From the NCBI GenBank assembly GCA_043228905.1, contig JBHGNT010000010.1, forward strand, positions 16,182,001 to 16,246,000: a DNA stretch of 64,000 nt. Direction: 5' to 3'. The translations under genes and the position numbers were made by a program. The first letter of the stretch is position 1. Each line of letters opens with the position of its first letter. Under the pieces are notes generated by a model. It searched no databases and had not been told where the DNA came from. It saw nothing but the letters and a program-made list of their open reading frames with translations. The DNA comes from Azolla caroliniana. Its lineage: Eukaryota; Plantae; Polypodiophyta. Of this stretch, positions 12,773-26,074 are shown in pieces.

Positions 12773-14210
12773 TTAAAACAGTTCTTCTAGTCTCGTCCAT
12801 ATAGAATAGGCACAGTCCAAACCTTCAATATTAAACAACAAAGCATTAGAAATCGACAACTCAATAGTCGAGCGTGCAAGCTCATTCAATTCTTGCCAAT
12901 CATCTTGGTCCATATCTGTAGGCTTTACCCCTTTGACTTTAATAGGCTTTGCATGCTTCTTCTGCAGCAGGATGTTGTAACATTGCTTTTTCCATACTGC
13001 AAAGTTATGTGCACCCTCAAGCTTCTTGATGTGCATAAGGTGGCTACTGTTAGTCATGATTTCTTAGCCCAAACGAAGGACCAAACCTGCTCTGCTGAAA
13101 ACCCTAAACTCTGCTTTGCAGAAAACCCTAAACTCTGCTTTGCAGAAAACCCTAAACTCTGCTCTGATACCAATTTGAAGGCAGCTCGAGGATTAGGGTT
13201 TAGGTCAAAAGCAGAGAGGGAGAGAATCTGAGTGAGAGACAAAGGGAGAGAGAGAGATGCACACTGTCTTGGGTACAAAGAGTGTAACTCTTTTTTGGTT
13301 TTTAGATATTATGTATATACAAGTCAAAAGTGTGCTACGAGTGCGTTCACACTTGTGCACTAATAAAAGGCACGATGGCCCTTTATTCCCAATAGTTGGG
13401 AAATTATTTCACAAGAGTTCTATATTTTTTAAGGTGATAAGTTGCTGCCTGCAGATCCATAATATTAGATTGGGGTTCAAACAGTGCCTTTTAATAAAGA
13501 CAATGCTTATAGTTGACCATGAGTGCCAAGATTCCCATCCCATTCAGAATCACACCATCCTATGAGCATGTATCAGGTGCTAGAGGAGACAAACGTACCG
13601 CATGAAATGGACTTCGTAGAAATGCACTATATTCAAACGATTACGAATAATTCCAAGAAGATATCTTCATACCACCTGGAGTGTGGGGATCCAATTTCGT
13701 ACATTTGTAAAATTCCAATAACTTGTTTCTTTGATTTGTTCTCTTAAAAGATGTTAACGTAGGCCATTTTGTTCTTTTGGTATTTTGTTGTAACATTTGT
13801 TAGCCTTGATTGAAACTTGTTTCCATTTCAGTGTGGTTACAATGGTTCATCATAGAGTTTTCTGAAATGTGGTCACATTGAAAACGGAAACATTTGTGTT
13901 CCTAGGGTTAGTAGGTATATTTAAATCATTTCTGTCCTAATGTCCTGTGGGATGAAAGAAATGGACGAGGATTCTCGTAACTATATGCTGGTGATGCTAA
14001 AAAGTGACCTCAAATCATGAGACAGGCCCTGGGAATGGATATATAACCTACAAAAGCCCTAATGAGGAGTGTTAATCTGAATCATGTTTTTTTGGAGGTT
14101 TTGAATCTGGGCTATTGATATATTAAATTTTCTTGGAATTTTTTGTGTATTGGTTATTTATAGTATATGTTCGAGTGAAATGATTGATTTTGATCTTGGA
14201 TGTGTTTCAG

Positions 14211-14345
14211 TTCAGGTTGGCGACTAGTATTCCATCAAGCACATTAGGGGGGAAAGAACCGGCAAATGACCCCAAAGAGGCAGCACGTAATTATCTACGA
14301 ACTTACTTCACACTAGACATATTTGCAGTGTTGCCTATGCCTCAG
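14211..14345 (+). CDS. CNGC: CNGC exon 3 (S3)
   Basis: ttcag|FRLAT...DPKEAARNYLRTYFTLDIFAVLPMPQ|gtctg, 135 bp. Confidence 0.9.
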
Positions 14346-15439
14346 GTCTGATCATTGGAAACTTTCTTTTGCAGTCTATGTACAATTTGCATTGATGCTT
14401 ATCAGAAGTGCAATGTGCCTGAGCATCTTTGCATAACTAAGAAAAATATAGGGTTGTAAAGGAATCAATAAGCCATGAATGTTCTTATTTTCGTCAGTGA
14501 TCAATAGTGTTGATGATATAGTCCTCAATTAAATGGGTAAGAATCGTTAGGATAGTGAAAACAAATACTTCTAAATGCATGCTGTCAATCTATTTTTCCT
14601 ATACCGATTAGAGCGCTAAAACCGAAATCCAAACATTGAAGAACTGATATTAATCCATAAAAGACGTTCTAGAATGTTCAGATTCCTTGAAAATACAAAC
14701 ATATCATATCCATGACCTTATGCTTGGCATGATATCTTTTAGAAAACATAAATGTACAAGCATGTGAAGTAAATTTTCTAGACGTTCCTGTTTTTTGCAT
14801 ATATTTTGGTAGAAGAGAAAAGTTAAAAACCCATTGCTTACCAAGATTAATGATATACAAATTCAGCATTGAGAAAATTTGAAATGACTTGTAGCTGCAT
14901 CTTGCCAATATTATTCAGTCTAGTACAGTCAAAGTACTAATTAGAGCTTAAACTTCAGGGGACATTTCTCATCTTCGAAGTAGTCCATAAACATTAAACG
15001 GTCATTGAATTTAAGTTCCACACTAGTTTATTTGTGTGAATCCTGGTGCATTTTGAGTTTACATTTCCAGGAAGTCATTGTTCATTAGTAGCTTTGCAGT
15101 TCCTTCAGAGATGTGGAATGGCGACAATATTTAACCACATGTACAACGAGAAATATGTTGCGTTGTACATGCCTTCTTTTTTATTGTTTAATATTTTGTA
15201 CAGTACATAGTGCATTTCCATGTATTTCCACAGTTATCGAAGCTAGGAGTTACACACATCCAAGTTGTCATTGCATGAAAATATGAAAAGTGCTAAATCC
15301 ATTATCTGACCAATGTTTGTAACTTCTCTTGTATATGTACACTACATCTTGTCTTTGCATAGTAGGGTTGTGGTAATCAATATTGATATGAAAATACACA
15401 TCAACCTCACATACATCAAGTGACAAGAATACAGAAATT

Positions 15440-18400
15440 ATGGTACCTAGTAACCCTAGGTCTATCGCCTAGACGGTAGCTGTCCACCCTTCTTAAGATC
15501 TTAATAAACCCCTAAACCCAATTGTGTTTGACTCAAGTTTGTCCACTCGTTGATGGGTCTTTCTCTGCGTTTTCTGCAATGTGAATGTCTGTCTGCGTTT
15601 TTTGCAATGTCTGTCCTCTGTGTTTTCTGCAATGCGTGATCCTGTGCGTTTTCTGCCAAATCTGATTCCTTGTATCATCTGCCAAATCTGTTCCTCTATG
15701 CTTTTTGCCCAGTAGAAATTTCTAGAGTCTATATTGTTCTTTCTGCCCTCAACATCTCCTATACTTGCAGGCTGCTGTCCTAAGACACCATGGAGTCTGA
15801 ATGGACAGAAAATGTAAAGATGGATCTTAACACGCATGACGAGGGTCCAGATCCATGGAAGACCCCAAGAAGATATCATAGACGAAAAGGACGGGATGGA
15901 AGCACCCCGAATAGCGTTAGAAAGGTACACAAGGCACCTAGAACGCAAGCCCCATCCGACATTCCATTTGATGTCGAAAATGGGAAACATGATTTATTAC
16001 GCCATTTGATTGCGCAAGAGATCAATCTTATTAGATAAGATATAGAAATAGCACTAAAAGAAGAAATGAAAAAGGAGATAGAGAAACAAAAAACAGAATT
16101 GTATGCCTCTCTCAAGGTTGAGTTATTAGAAGAGATGTGGAAAGACATAATAAGCCATGTGGAGAAATCACTCTTAGAGCTCAAGGATGACATGACACAA
16201 TACCTTAAGGATGAAATATCCTTAAGTAAGGTTGACTTAGGAGCTATTAAAGTGGATTTAGAAAAAGGACAAGAAGCAGCGGAAAGATGCATCTCTACAG
16301 TGAAAGCCAATGTCATGAAGGAAATGCAAACATGGGCAGGCATGGCCAAAGATGCCAAAGCTCAAGCTGAGCACACCCAAAACGAAATTAAAGCAAATGC
16401 TCCTTGGATAGAGGTAGTAAAAAAACAAAAAGGAACATCCAAGATCATGATGGATTGGTGGGTAAGCACTTTTTCTATGCCTGTGACACCTTGCTCCCGT
16501 TGGTAGCACACATATTTAATAGAGCCATGTGTGAAAGTTTTCCTACTAGATGGACTCAACATACCATTGTGCCAATCCTCAAGAGTGGAGACCCCATGAT
16601 GCCAAGCAACTATAGGACAACATGATTGGCCATTACTTGGCTAAACTATATGGCTCGATTCTAGAATAAGAATTGAGTATATTGGCAGAGCAAAATGGCT
16701 GCCGTTCAATTGGACAGGCGGTGGCTAGCACAATTGGCGTGAAGCAAGGATGCCCACTATCCCCCACACTCTTTGGTCTCTATATAGATGAGGTATCACA
16801 GTACATAGAGAGATTTGGGGGTTTTGGAGCACACCTAGCACGTATAGTTATACAAATATTACTATATGCTGATGATGTTGTGCTGATTTTTGACTCTCCG
16901 GAAGGACTACAAAGACATCTAAATGCCTTAAAACTATTTTGTACGGACAAAGGTTTGTCAATCAACATGAATAAAACTAAAGTGATGGTGTTTAACACCA
17001 CCCAACCATGGGTAACAAGATCTGAACCAGAATTCTTCTTGGGAGAGGAAAAGGTGGAATACACACGCTCGTACACATACCTAGGAGTAATATTTACAGG
17101 ACCTAGTTTCTCCTTACAAGAGGCCGCTTCTGCCCAACTGTAGCGTGGATATGCAACCCTTGGTGCTCTTGACAGACAATGTGCACATTTGCAGTTCCAA
17201 GAGCCACGGACTAAGCTATGGTTATTTGATACACTTTTCACACCAACTCTTCTCTATGGAGTAGAGACATGGGAACCGAGTCTTAACAAGGCAAATCATT
17301 GGAAAGATTTAGAGAGACCTTTAGTGTCAATGATTGCTTGCATGACAAGGAGCAAAGCATCGGTGCCCCATGATATAATCCGGGCAGAGATGGGAGCAGC
17401 ACCTATAATAACCGAGGCGTTGTTCCGATCAGTGACATTTATCCAACGTCTTTGGGAGCTCCCTAAACGAAGGTACCCAAGGTTGGCACTTATGTCATCA
17501 AGAGAATTGGCTGAAAATGGAGACACTCATTGTTGGTATGCTGAAATGCAGCAATGGTTCGAGTCACATGGCATGAGTATAAATGCACTACCCCCATTCC
17601 AATATAGCTTGGACTGTCCCCATTTAAATATGACCAAAGCGGAAAAGAATAGAGTGATCCGATCGGATATTATTAACTTGGAAAACAAGATAACATGGAT
17701 CAGCCCCAAAATACCACTTGGTACAAAGATGGCCCACTATAAGACACACTTCTTACATACATGGGAGGATGGATTTGTCATGAGACCACCTTATATGGAC
17801 ATACATCTATCCTATGCGCTGCGTACTGTGATAGGGCAGCTGCGAACTTCATCACATCAACTACGGATTGAGGTAGGAAGATATACACGACTATCTCTAG
17901 AAGGGAGAATTTGCCAATTGTGTCATCAAGGAGTGGAATCTGAAGAACACTATGTTTGTCATTGTAGTGTCTTCTATGAAATCAGAGGGAGATACCATTG
18001 CCTCTTTAAACAAGGCTTTGGCCCACTACGCAAGGTAATGGAATATGAGGACTAGCGATACCTAGGACTTTTCTTGCTAGAACTCAAGAGACATCGGGAA
18101 AAGTTGTTGAGAATATAGCCACACAAGCTTATCCACAAAGAACAATCACAACTTTCTTTAGCCCCATCACTCCTACTAATGCTACAAGTCAATCAAGGGA
18201 GACACAAATGGACTCTCGACCAAGACATAACAAAGGGGTTACAATTGATCGGGCAATGGCAATTTGCCGTGCACGTATGCTCTGGCCCCATGGACCACGA
18301 CCTCGACACCCTTGTCTTCGACAGATAAAAGCCATTATCTTCCGCCATCGTAGGTGCTTCCCTCGCTTCGGAGACATTTCTATTCTGGATCGACCTATGA

Positions 18401-18643
18401 TAGAGATCTTTCGAAGACAAAAGGTACAATATACCTAACTTGAGAATCTCACATGTGTCAAAAACTAGATTCCCTCGTTTCTTTTCTTTTCATCTTATTT
18501 ACTTTTATATTTACGGAGTAATATTTATTTTATTTTGATTTGTTCTCAAAGACTAGACAACACTTAAGATGTAATCTCTTATTTGGTCTTATAGGCCATT
18601 TTGGCCTCTTAAAAGACGTTAATATATCTTTCTTTCTTTCTTC
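15440..18643 (+). mobile_element. Internally deleted LINE family A with 5' UTR, ORF1 and ORF2 remnants
   Basis: Repeat-bearing 5' UTR, coiled-coil-like ORF1 15790-~16440, junction into RT (GVKQGCPLSP, LLYADD), zinc finger, (TTTC)n tail; endonuclease missing; 5' boundary approximate. Confidence 0.88.
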
Positions 18644-18722
18644 TACATTAAGTCATTCTTCAAATGATCTGTTAATATTTGAATCAATCGGTGCTAAAAG
18701 TATTTGCTATTTTCATTTGCAG

Positions 18723-18974
18723 ATAATATTGTGGCTAGTGATCCATCACTTTGATAATGGAGAAGGAAGTGCAAATCTTATAAAAAATATTCTTAGAGTT
18801 ACAGTACTTCTTCAATATGTGCCACGCTGTTTTCGCTTTTTACCTCTGGTGGCTGGCCATTCCCAATTAGGATTTATCTATGAGACTGCGTGGGCTAATT
18901 TTGCAATCAATCTTTTTATGTACGTTTTGGCAGGGCATGTGGTGGGTGCATGTTGGTACCTTTTTGGTTTACAG
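18723..18974 (+). CDS. CNGC: CNGC exon 4 (S4-S5)
   Basis: tgcag|IILWLV...LLQYVPR...ETAWANFAINLFMYVLAGHVVGACWYLFGLQ|gt. Confidence 0.92.
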
Positions 18975-19061
18975 GTTTGCTACAAATACTTTCCATTCTT
19001 GAATTTCGTAAACAGTCTTCTGGGCCTGTGGCATTTATAGTATTTTTACATGCTTTCACAG

Positions 19062-19316
19062 CGGGTGAATGAGTGTCTCCACAATGTTTGCAAAACTGAG
19101 AAAAGTAGTTGCATTGAATCATACCTGGATTGTGGAGATGGTACTCATATAGAATTTGGTCACAATAGGTCAAGCTGGATAAATGCAACAAATGCATCTT
19201 ACAATTGCTTTACATCCCCAACATTTGATTATGGAATTTATGTAAATGCTGTTCCTATCACAAAGAACCCAAGTTTAGCATCAAAATATTTCTATTCCTT
19301 ATTTTGGGGCTTTCTT
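19062..19316 (+). CDS. CNGC: CNGC exon 5 (pore loop)
   Basis: cacag|RVNECL...FDYGIY...KYFYSLFWGFL|gtgagt. Confidence 0.92.
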
Positions 19317-19374
19317 GTGAGTTTCTTTCTTTCTCTCCCATTTTTTGTACAATGTCTATAATATGCTTTAATAA

Positions 19375-20125
19375 TTGTAGCATGCTTTCATAGAGCACTC
19401 TAAATTGCAGTTTTGAAAGCTACAAACTGAATTGTGGCTATTTGATACACTTGTCACACCAACTCTATGGAGTTGAAACTTGGGGCCAAGTCTTAACAAG
19501 GAAAATACCTTGAAAGATTTAGAGAGACCTTGAGTCTCAATGGTTGCTTGCATTATAAGCCCCATGATATAATCGAGGTAGAGATAGGAACAGCCCCAAT
19601 AATCATCAAGAACAATATCCAAGGACTTTGGGAGCTCCCTAAACCAAGGTAGTCAAGCGTGTCACTTACGTTGTCACATGGCATAAACATAAATGCACTA
19701 CCCATGTTCCGATATAGATTGGGTTGTCTCCATCTAAATGTGACCAAATTGGGAAAAAAAGACTAGAGTGATCCAAACTATTTTTATCGATTTAGTAACA
19801 AAATAACATGGATCATCCCCACCTCTCTTGGTAGGAAGATGGCCCACTATAAGACACTTTTACACACATCCCAAGGTGGATTAATCATCATCATCAAGCC
19901 CTCTTATATGAACATACATCTATCCCATGGGTTGTGCACTTGGGATAGGGAAGCTATGAACTTCTTCACATTAGTTAGAGATTGAGGTAGTGAGATATTC
20001 AACACCTCTAAAAAAAGGAATATTTATTTGCCAATTGTGTCATGAGGGAGTGGAATTTCAACAACATTATGTTATTGTGTTGTTTTTTATGAATTAAGAA
20101 GATACCATTTCCTCTTCAAGGAAGG
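19375..20125 (+). mobile_element. Old decayed LINE family A fragment
   Basis: Degenerate match to 17150-18015. Confidence 0.7.
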
Positions 20126-20170
20126 TGTAAAGAATATAGCCTCTCGATAAGTTGGCATGTGCTGAAGCGT

Positions 20171-21100
20171 TGTCGTGGTTTTTCCGTGTGGATGTGCTGA
20201 AACGGGGTGGGACCACCGAGGCCTCGGATCAAGGAGCTGGCAAGAGAAGAAGGATTAACCGGATCGATGTCCGGATAACTCTCGCCGGAGCGCTGTTCCG
20301 GAGTCGGTAAGGAAAGGGGGTTATCCAGATATCTTTGCCGGAGTGAGGTCCGGACAAGTATCCTATCTAGACCAGTCTCCGGATGTTGAACAGTGAGCAC
20401 ATGGGCTCGGCACGCGCTATCGGTCTCGAAGCTGCGATGGATAACGTACAATGAGCTCACGGGCGCACACACTCAGGTACGCCCACATGAGTGAGAAGGA
20501 GCGGTGATAAGAACATGGCAGAGACACAGAAGACAGGGAATTGGAAACAACAAAATAGTCTATTAATCTTTACTAAGAGAATTACAACCGGACTCAGCTG
20601 GCAACGGAGCTTCGAGCTCCATTCACTCACGCACGCAGACACTAGTGAGCCTCTGATCAGGAAGGGCTACCAGCGCGAAACGGAGGCCTCACTGCAGAAC
20701 GAAACGGAGGCTACCACAGAAAACTGGAAAAACAGAGAATAGGAAGGAAATCTGCAGAGCTCGGTCTGGCAGCACTTTCCCCTCCCAATTGTGGATACTC
20801 TCTCCGTCTTCTCTCCCCCCTTTTATAGCTCAAGGAATCAGAGAAGCCGTTACATCAGGCTGTTAAGACAGCTGCTTTTCTCTCAGATTCACTCCTCGAT
20901 TTTCTCCCTTCAATCCCTTATTCCCTCAATAGGTGTGATCATAAAGTACTTATTAAGACACTCTACCTAGTACTTATCAATACTCAATATTTACATTTGT
21001 TTTAATTTTGTACATAAGCCTCATTCTTGTGGACCCTTGCACGCCCCCGTTCACGCACATCCGTCTCGCTTTCCCCTTATGGCCGGAAATCTTCACGACA
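20171..21100 (-). mobile_element. Solo LTR (930 bp, GC-richer)
   Basis: TGTCGTG...CACGACA termini, flanks gcgt/acgt, TATA-like box on - strand at ~20821. Confidence 0.7.
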
Positions 21101-21116
21101 ACGTTGTGTGTGTAAA

Positions 21117-24100
21117 CAAGAAAGAAAGAATATTAACGTCTTTTGAGAGGCCAAAATGGCCGATAAAACCAAACAAGAGATTACATCTTAAGTGTTATCT
21201 CGTCTTTGAGAACAACAAATCAAAATAGAATAATTAGTACTCAGTAAATATAAAAGTAAATAAGATAAAAATAGACGAGGCAATCTGGTTTTCGGCACAT
21301 GTGAGATTCTCAAGTTAGACACATTGTAACTTTTGTCTTCGAAAGATCTTTAGCATAGGCCGATCCAAAATGGAGAGGTCTCGGAAGTGAGGGGAGCACC
21401 TGCGATGGCTGGAAATAATGGCCTTTATGTGTCGATGTCAAAGATGCTGAGGTCGTGGTCCATGGGGCCGGGGCCTATGTGCACAAGAAATTGCTATTGC
21501 CTGATCAATTGTAACCCCTTTGTTATGTCTTGGTCCAGAGCCGATTTGTGTATCCCTTGATTGACTTGTAGCATTAGTAGGAGTGATGGGGCTAAAGAAA
21601 GTTGTGATTTGTGGATGAGCTTGTGGGGCTGTATTATTGTCCTTCAACAACTTTCCCTTATGTCTCTTGAGTTCTAGCAAGAAAAGTCCTAGGCACCATT
21701 GGTCCTCATATTCCATTACCTTGCGTAGCAGGCCAAAGCCTTGTTTAAAGAGGCAATGATATCTCCCACTGATTTCATAAAACACACTACAATGGCAAAC
21801 ATAGTGTTCTTTGGATTCCACTACTTGATGACACAGTTGGCAAATTCTTTCTTCTAGATGTATTCGTGTATATTTGCCTACATCAATCTGTAACTGATGT
21901 GATGAAGTTCGCAGCTGCCCTATCACATTGCACGACGCATAGGATAGATGTATGCCCATATAAGGTAGCCTGATTATGAATCCATCCTTTGAGGTTTAAG
22001 AAGTGTGTCTTATAGTGGACCATCTTCGTACCAAGTGATATTTTGGGGCTGATCCATGTTATTTTGTTTTCCAAGTTAATAATATCAGTCCGGATCACTC
22101 TATTCTTGTCCACTTTGGTCATATTTGGATGGGTACTATAAAGAATCTAACTCTAGTAGAGTTTAGTATTCAGAAGCGTAGTGTGTGTGTGTGAGAGAGA
22201 GAGAGTGAATGTATAAGCAAGAGAAGGAATTATAGAGAATAACCAGAAAAATAAGAAAACACACAATAGGGGGATGACAACTTATGCACTTAAGAGAGCT
22301 ATATTAATTATCTAAAGATCATCAACTAAACTGAAGGGGGATTTATGTACAAGTCCTCAAGGGACTGCCCTATTAAATGTGTTGGTGGAATCTAACCAAG
22401 ATATCCACTTGAGGATGATTTTTTCATAAGAATATCTAATATTCTTTGACCACACTAACACTCGACAACTACACGGATTACAATAAAGTGTGCTCTCACA
22501 CACTCGACAACTACACGTATTACAATAAAGTGTGCTCACACACTTTTTCATACATTGTCCTTTTCTTCACAAGCACATGTTCACACAAGTTGAGCTTGAT
22601 TCTCAACACGCCCCCTCAAGGTCAATTGTGTGTCCTCTTAAGCTTGGTTGTCTTGTTGTAATTGAAGACCCAATTGCAGTTGGTTGGACTACTAGACCGT
22701 GGTTTTCCAATTGTTCCTATGTACTCGATCTTGCCAATCCAAAATTTCGAGCTTCAAAAATTCCGGGCTTTGGAAAATCTTCCTCTAACTTTCCGGGTCA
22801 AGCTGCATTAGATGTGCTGGCCTTACTTTGCCAATGCCGGTCTCACTCTTCCTCTTGTATGGTGCTTATTCTCCATGTTTTCCTTCGTCTTTGTACTTTT
22901 ACTCTCCCCCAAGCTCAACATATTGAGTTGTCTAAGGCCTAGATCCACTGAGAATTGCCGTAGCTTGTCAAGACCTAGCACCTTAGTGAAAATATCAGCC
23001 ACTTGCAAGTTGGTGCCAACGTATTGGACGTCAATGTCACTGGCCAATATGCGCTCACGGATGTAATGATAGTGCACCTCGATGTGCTTAGTCCAGGAGT
23101 GAAACACCGGATTCTTTGCAAGCTGAATGCTGCTGAGATTATCGCAGTGGATCATTATTGGCTTGTTCACCAATTCGTTGAAGTCTTTCAGCAATCTTTT
23201 AAGCCATACAGCTTCGCAAGCAGCTACAACTGCAGCCCTATACTCCGCCTCAGTGCTCGATAGAGCGACTGTTGGTTGTTTCTTGCTGCTCCAAGAGATT
23301 GCTCCACTACCGAGTGAAAACATAAATCCCGAAGTGGATCACCTAGCAGATGCATTGCCTGCCCAATCAGCATCCGTGAAGCCTTCGAGTCGAAGTGGTG
23401 CTCCACGTTTATAGAAGATACCATAATCAAGTGTTCCACTAATATAACGTAACACTCTCTTAGCACAATCCATGTGACTGTCGCAGGGGGTTTCCATGAA
23501 CTGGCTAAGAACCCCGACCGAATAGTTGAGGTCTAGTCGGGTGATAGTTAAGTAGATAAGACTCCCAATTATTTGGCGCTACTGTGTCGGCTCACAGAAT
23601 TTTCTAGAATCTGCTGTTAGCTTTATATTTCGATCAAGGGGTGTTGAGATGGACTTACACTCGGTTATTCCGAACTTGTAGAGCAAATTCAACACATAGT
23701 GTCGTTCTGAGAGTAGGAACCCTTCTGGAGTTTGAATGACCTCGATGCCAAGAAAATAATGTAAGTCATTCAGATCCTTCATCTCGAACTTCTGCAAAAG
23801 CAGCTTTTTAATCTTTTGTGTCTCGGTAAGGCTTTCTCCACCGATGACAAGGTCATCGACATACAAGATTAAGAAGATGGGGCTTTTGGGATTGTTCTGA
23901 ACATACAACGAGTTATCAGATTTTGATATCCGAAAGCCAATGTCGTGAAGATATGATGTGATCTTTGAATGCCATGCTCTTGGGGCTTGCTTCAGTCCAT
24001 AGAGCGGCTTCTTGAATCGACAAACTGCATGTGGATGTTTGTTTGATTCGAAGCCACGTGGTTGCATCATATAAACTTCCTCCTCAAGCTCACCTAGGAG

Positions 24101-26070
24101 GAATGTGTTCTTCACATCCATTTGATGCAAGTGCCATCCTTTCGCTGCTGCAAGAGCAATTACTGTCCTCACAGTGGTCATTTTTGCCACCAGGGCAAAT
24201 GTCTCTTCATAGTCTATGCCATGGGTTTGACCATACCCTTTGGCGACTAGCCGAGCCTTGAACCGATTGACCGTGCCATCCGTATTATGCTTTATCTTGA
24301 ACACCCAGCGGCAACCAATTGGCTTTTTCTTGATTTCAGAGGATGGAACTAAATCCCAAGTATCGTTGTCAAACAACGCGCGCATCTCCTCCCTCATTGC
24401 CTCGATCCACCGGGGATCTTGGGCAGCTTCTTTGTAAGTCTCGGGTTCTTGGTCTCTTGGTCTGCTGCGACCTTCATCATGAATGCATAGTGGTGGGCCA
24501 TGTACTCATTGTACCCGAACCTAACTATCGGGCTCTTTTGTCGGTTCGATTGACGGAGTTTTCCTTTGGTCATTTCTGGGGCCTTCTTCATTTCATACTT
24601 GTTGTGGACTGATCGGGGTGAATGATCTGAGTCTTCACTCGATGTCATGTCCTTGGCCTCTTGCTCAGGCATCTTGCCCTTTTTTTTCTTTCTACGGGTG
24701 TAGAACAAAGGTGACAGCACATCAGAGGTTTCTTCATGCTGTGCAAGACTCTGATTGCTGGATGACACCTCAGGTCCAGTCAGGTCCAGTCAGCTGAAGT
24801 TAATAATATCAGTTCGGATCACTCTATTCTTTTCCACTTTGGTCATATTGAGATGGGGACAGTCCAAGCTATTGTGGAACGGGGGTAGTGCATTTATACT
24901 CATGCCATGTGACTTGAACCAGAAAGAATTATAGAGAATAACCAGAAAAATAAGAAAACACACAGTAGGGGGATGACAGCTTATGCACTTAAGAGAGCTA
25001 TATTAATTATCTAAAGATCATCAACTAAACTGAAGGGGGATTTATGTACAAGTCCTCAAGGGACTGCCCTATTAAATGTGTTGGTGGAATCTAACCAAGA
25101 TATCCACTTGAGGACGATTTTGTCATAAGTATATCTAATATTCTTTGACCACACTAACATTCGACAATTACACGGATTACAATAAAGTGTGCTCTCACAC
25201 ACTCGACAACTACACGTATTACAATAAAGGGTGCTCACATAGTTTTTCATACATTGTCCTTTTCTTCACAAGCACATGTTCACACAACTTGAGCTTGATT
25301 CTCAACAGGGACAGTCCAACTTGTATTGGAATGGGGGTAGTGCATTTACACTCATGCCATGTGACTTGAACCATTGTTGCATTTCAGCATACCAACAATG
25401 AATGTCTCCATTTTCAGCCAGTTGTCTTGATGACATAAGTACCAACCTTGGGTACCTTCGTTTAGGGAGCTCCCATAGATCTTTGGATAAATGCCACTGA
25501 TCGGAATAATGCGTCGGTGATTATAGGTGCTGCTCCCATTTCTGCCCAGATTATATCATAGGGCACCGATGCTTTGCTCCTTATCACGCGGGCAATCATT
25601 GATAAGACTCCGTCCCCACATTTCTAGTTCATAGAGAAGAGTTGGTGTGACAAGTGTATCAAATAACCACAACTTAGTTCGTGGCTCTTGGAACTGCAAC
25701 TGTGCACATTGTCGCTTGAGAGCACCAAGGGCTGCATATCCACGAGAAAGTCGGGCACGAGCAGCCTCCGGTAAGGAGAAGCGAGGCCTTGTAAATGTGT
25801 ATTCCACCTTCTCCTCTCCAAGAAGAATTCCGGTTCTGATCTTGTTACCCATGCGTGAGTGGTGTTAAAGACCATCACTTCCATTTTATCCATGTTTATG
25901 GACAAACCTTTGTCAGTACAAAATAGTTTAAAGGCATTTAGTTGTCTTTTAGTCACTCTGGAGAGTCAAAATTCAGCACATAATCATCAGCATATAATAA
26001 TATTTGTATAGCTATAATTGTTAGGCATGCTCCTGAACCCCCGTATCTCTATGTAATGTTATACCCCAAG
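21117..26070 (-). mobile_element. LINE family A copy split by a copia insertion
   Basis: 3' part 21117-22136 continues at 25308-26070. Confidence 0.85.
22137..25307 (-). mobile_element. Internally deleted Ty1/copia (RT-RNase H, 3' LTR 22137-22608, partial 5' LTR 24921-25307)
   Basis: TSD ggtac/gggac, PPT ~22609-22620, RT ORF 23579-24397 (LYVDD), RNase H 22823-23323. Confidence 0.88.
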
Positions 26071-26074
26071 TGGG

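Larger units (their letters stand above)
7406..13394 (-). mobile_element. Ty1/copia element with both LTRs, disrupted by nested insertions
   Basis: 5' LTR 13176-13394, 3' LTR 7406-8603 (split), PBS gctctgatacca 13161-13172, PPT ~8605-8615, TSD GTTGG at 7401-7405 and 13395-13399; gag, CCHC, protease (ILDSGAS), IN, RT (LYVDD), RNase H ORFs. Confidence 0.93.

Noticed and set aside
13400-13790. Possible additional TE or gene remnant (ORF 13523-13747)
   Set aside because: No recognisable motif or boundaries
18540-19040. ORF suggesting a LINE-CNGC fusion
   Set aside because: Chance read-through from the LINE 3' UTR across the intron; a good acceptor ends at 18722
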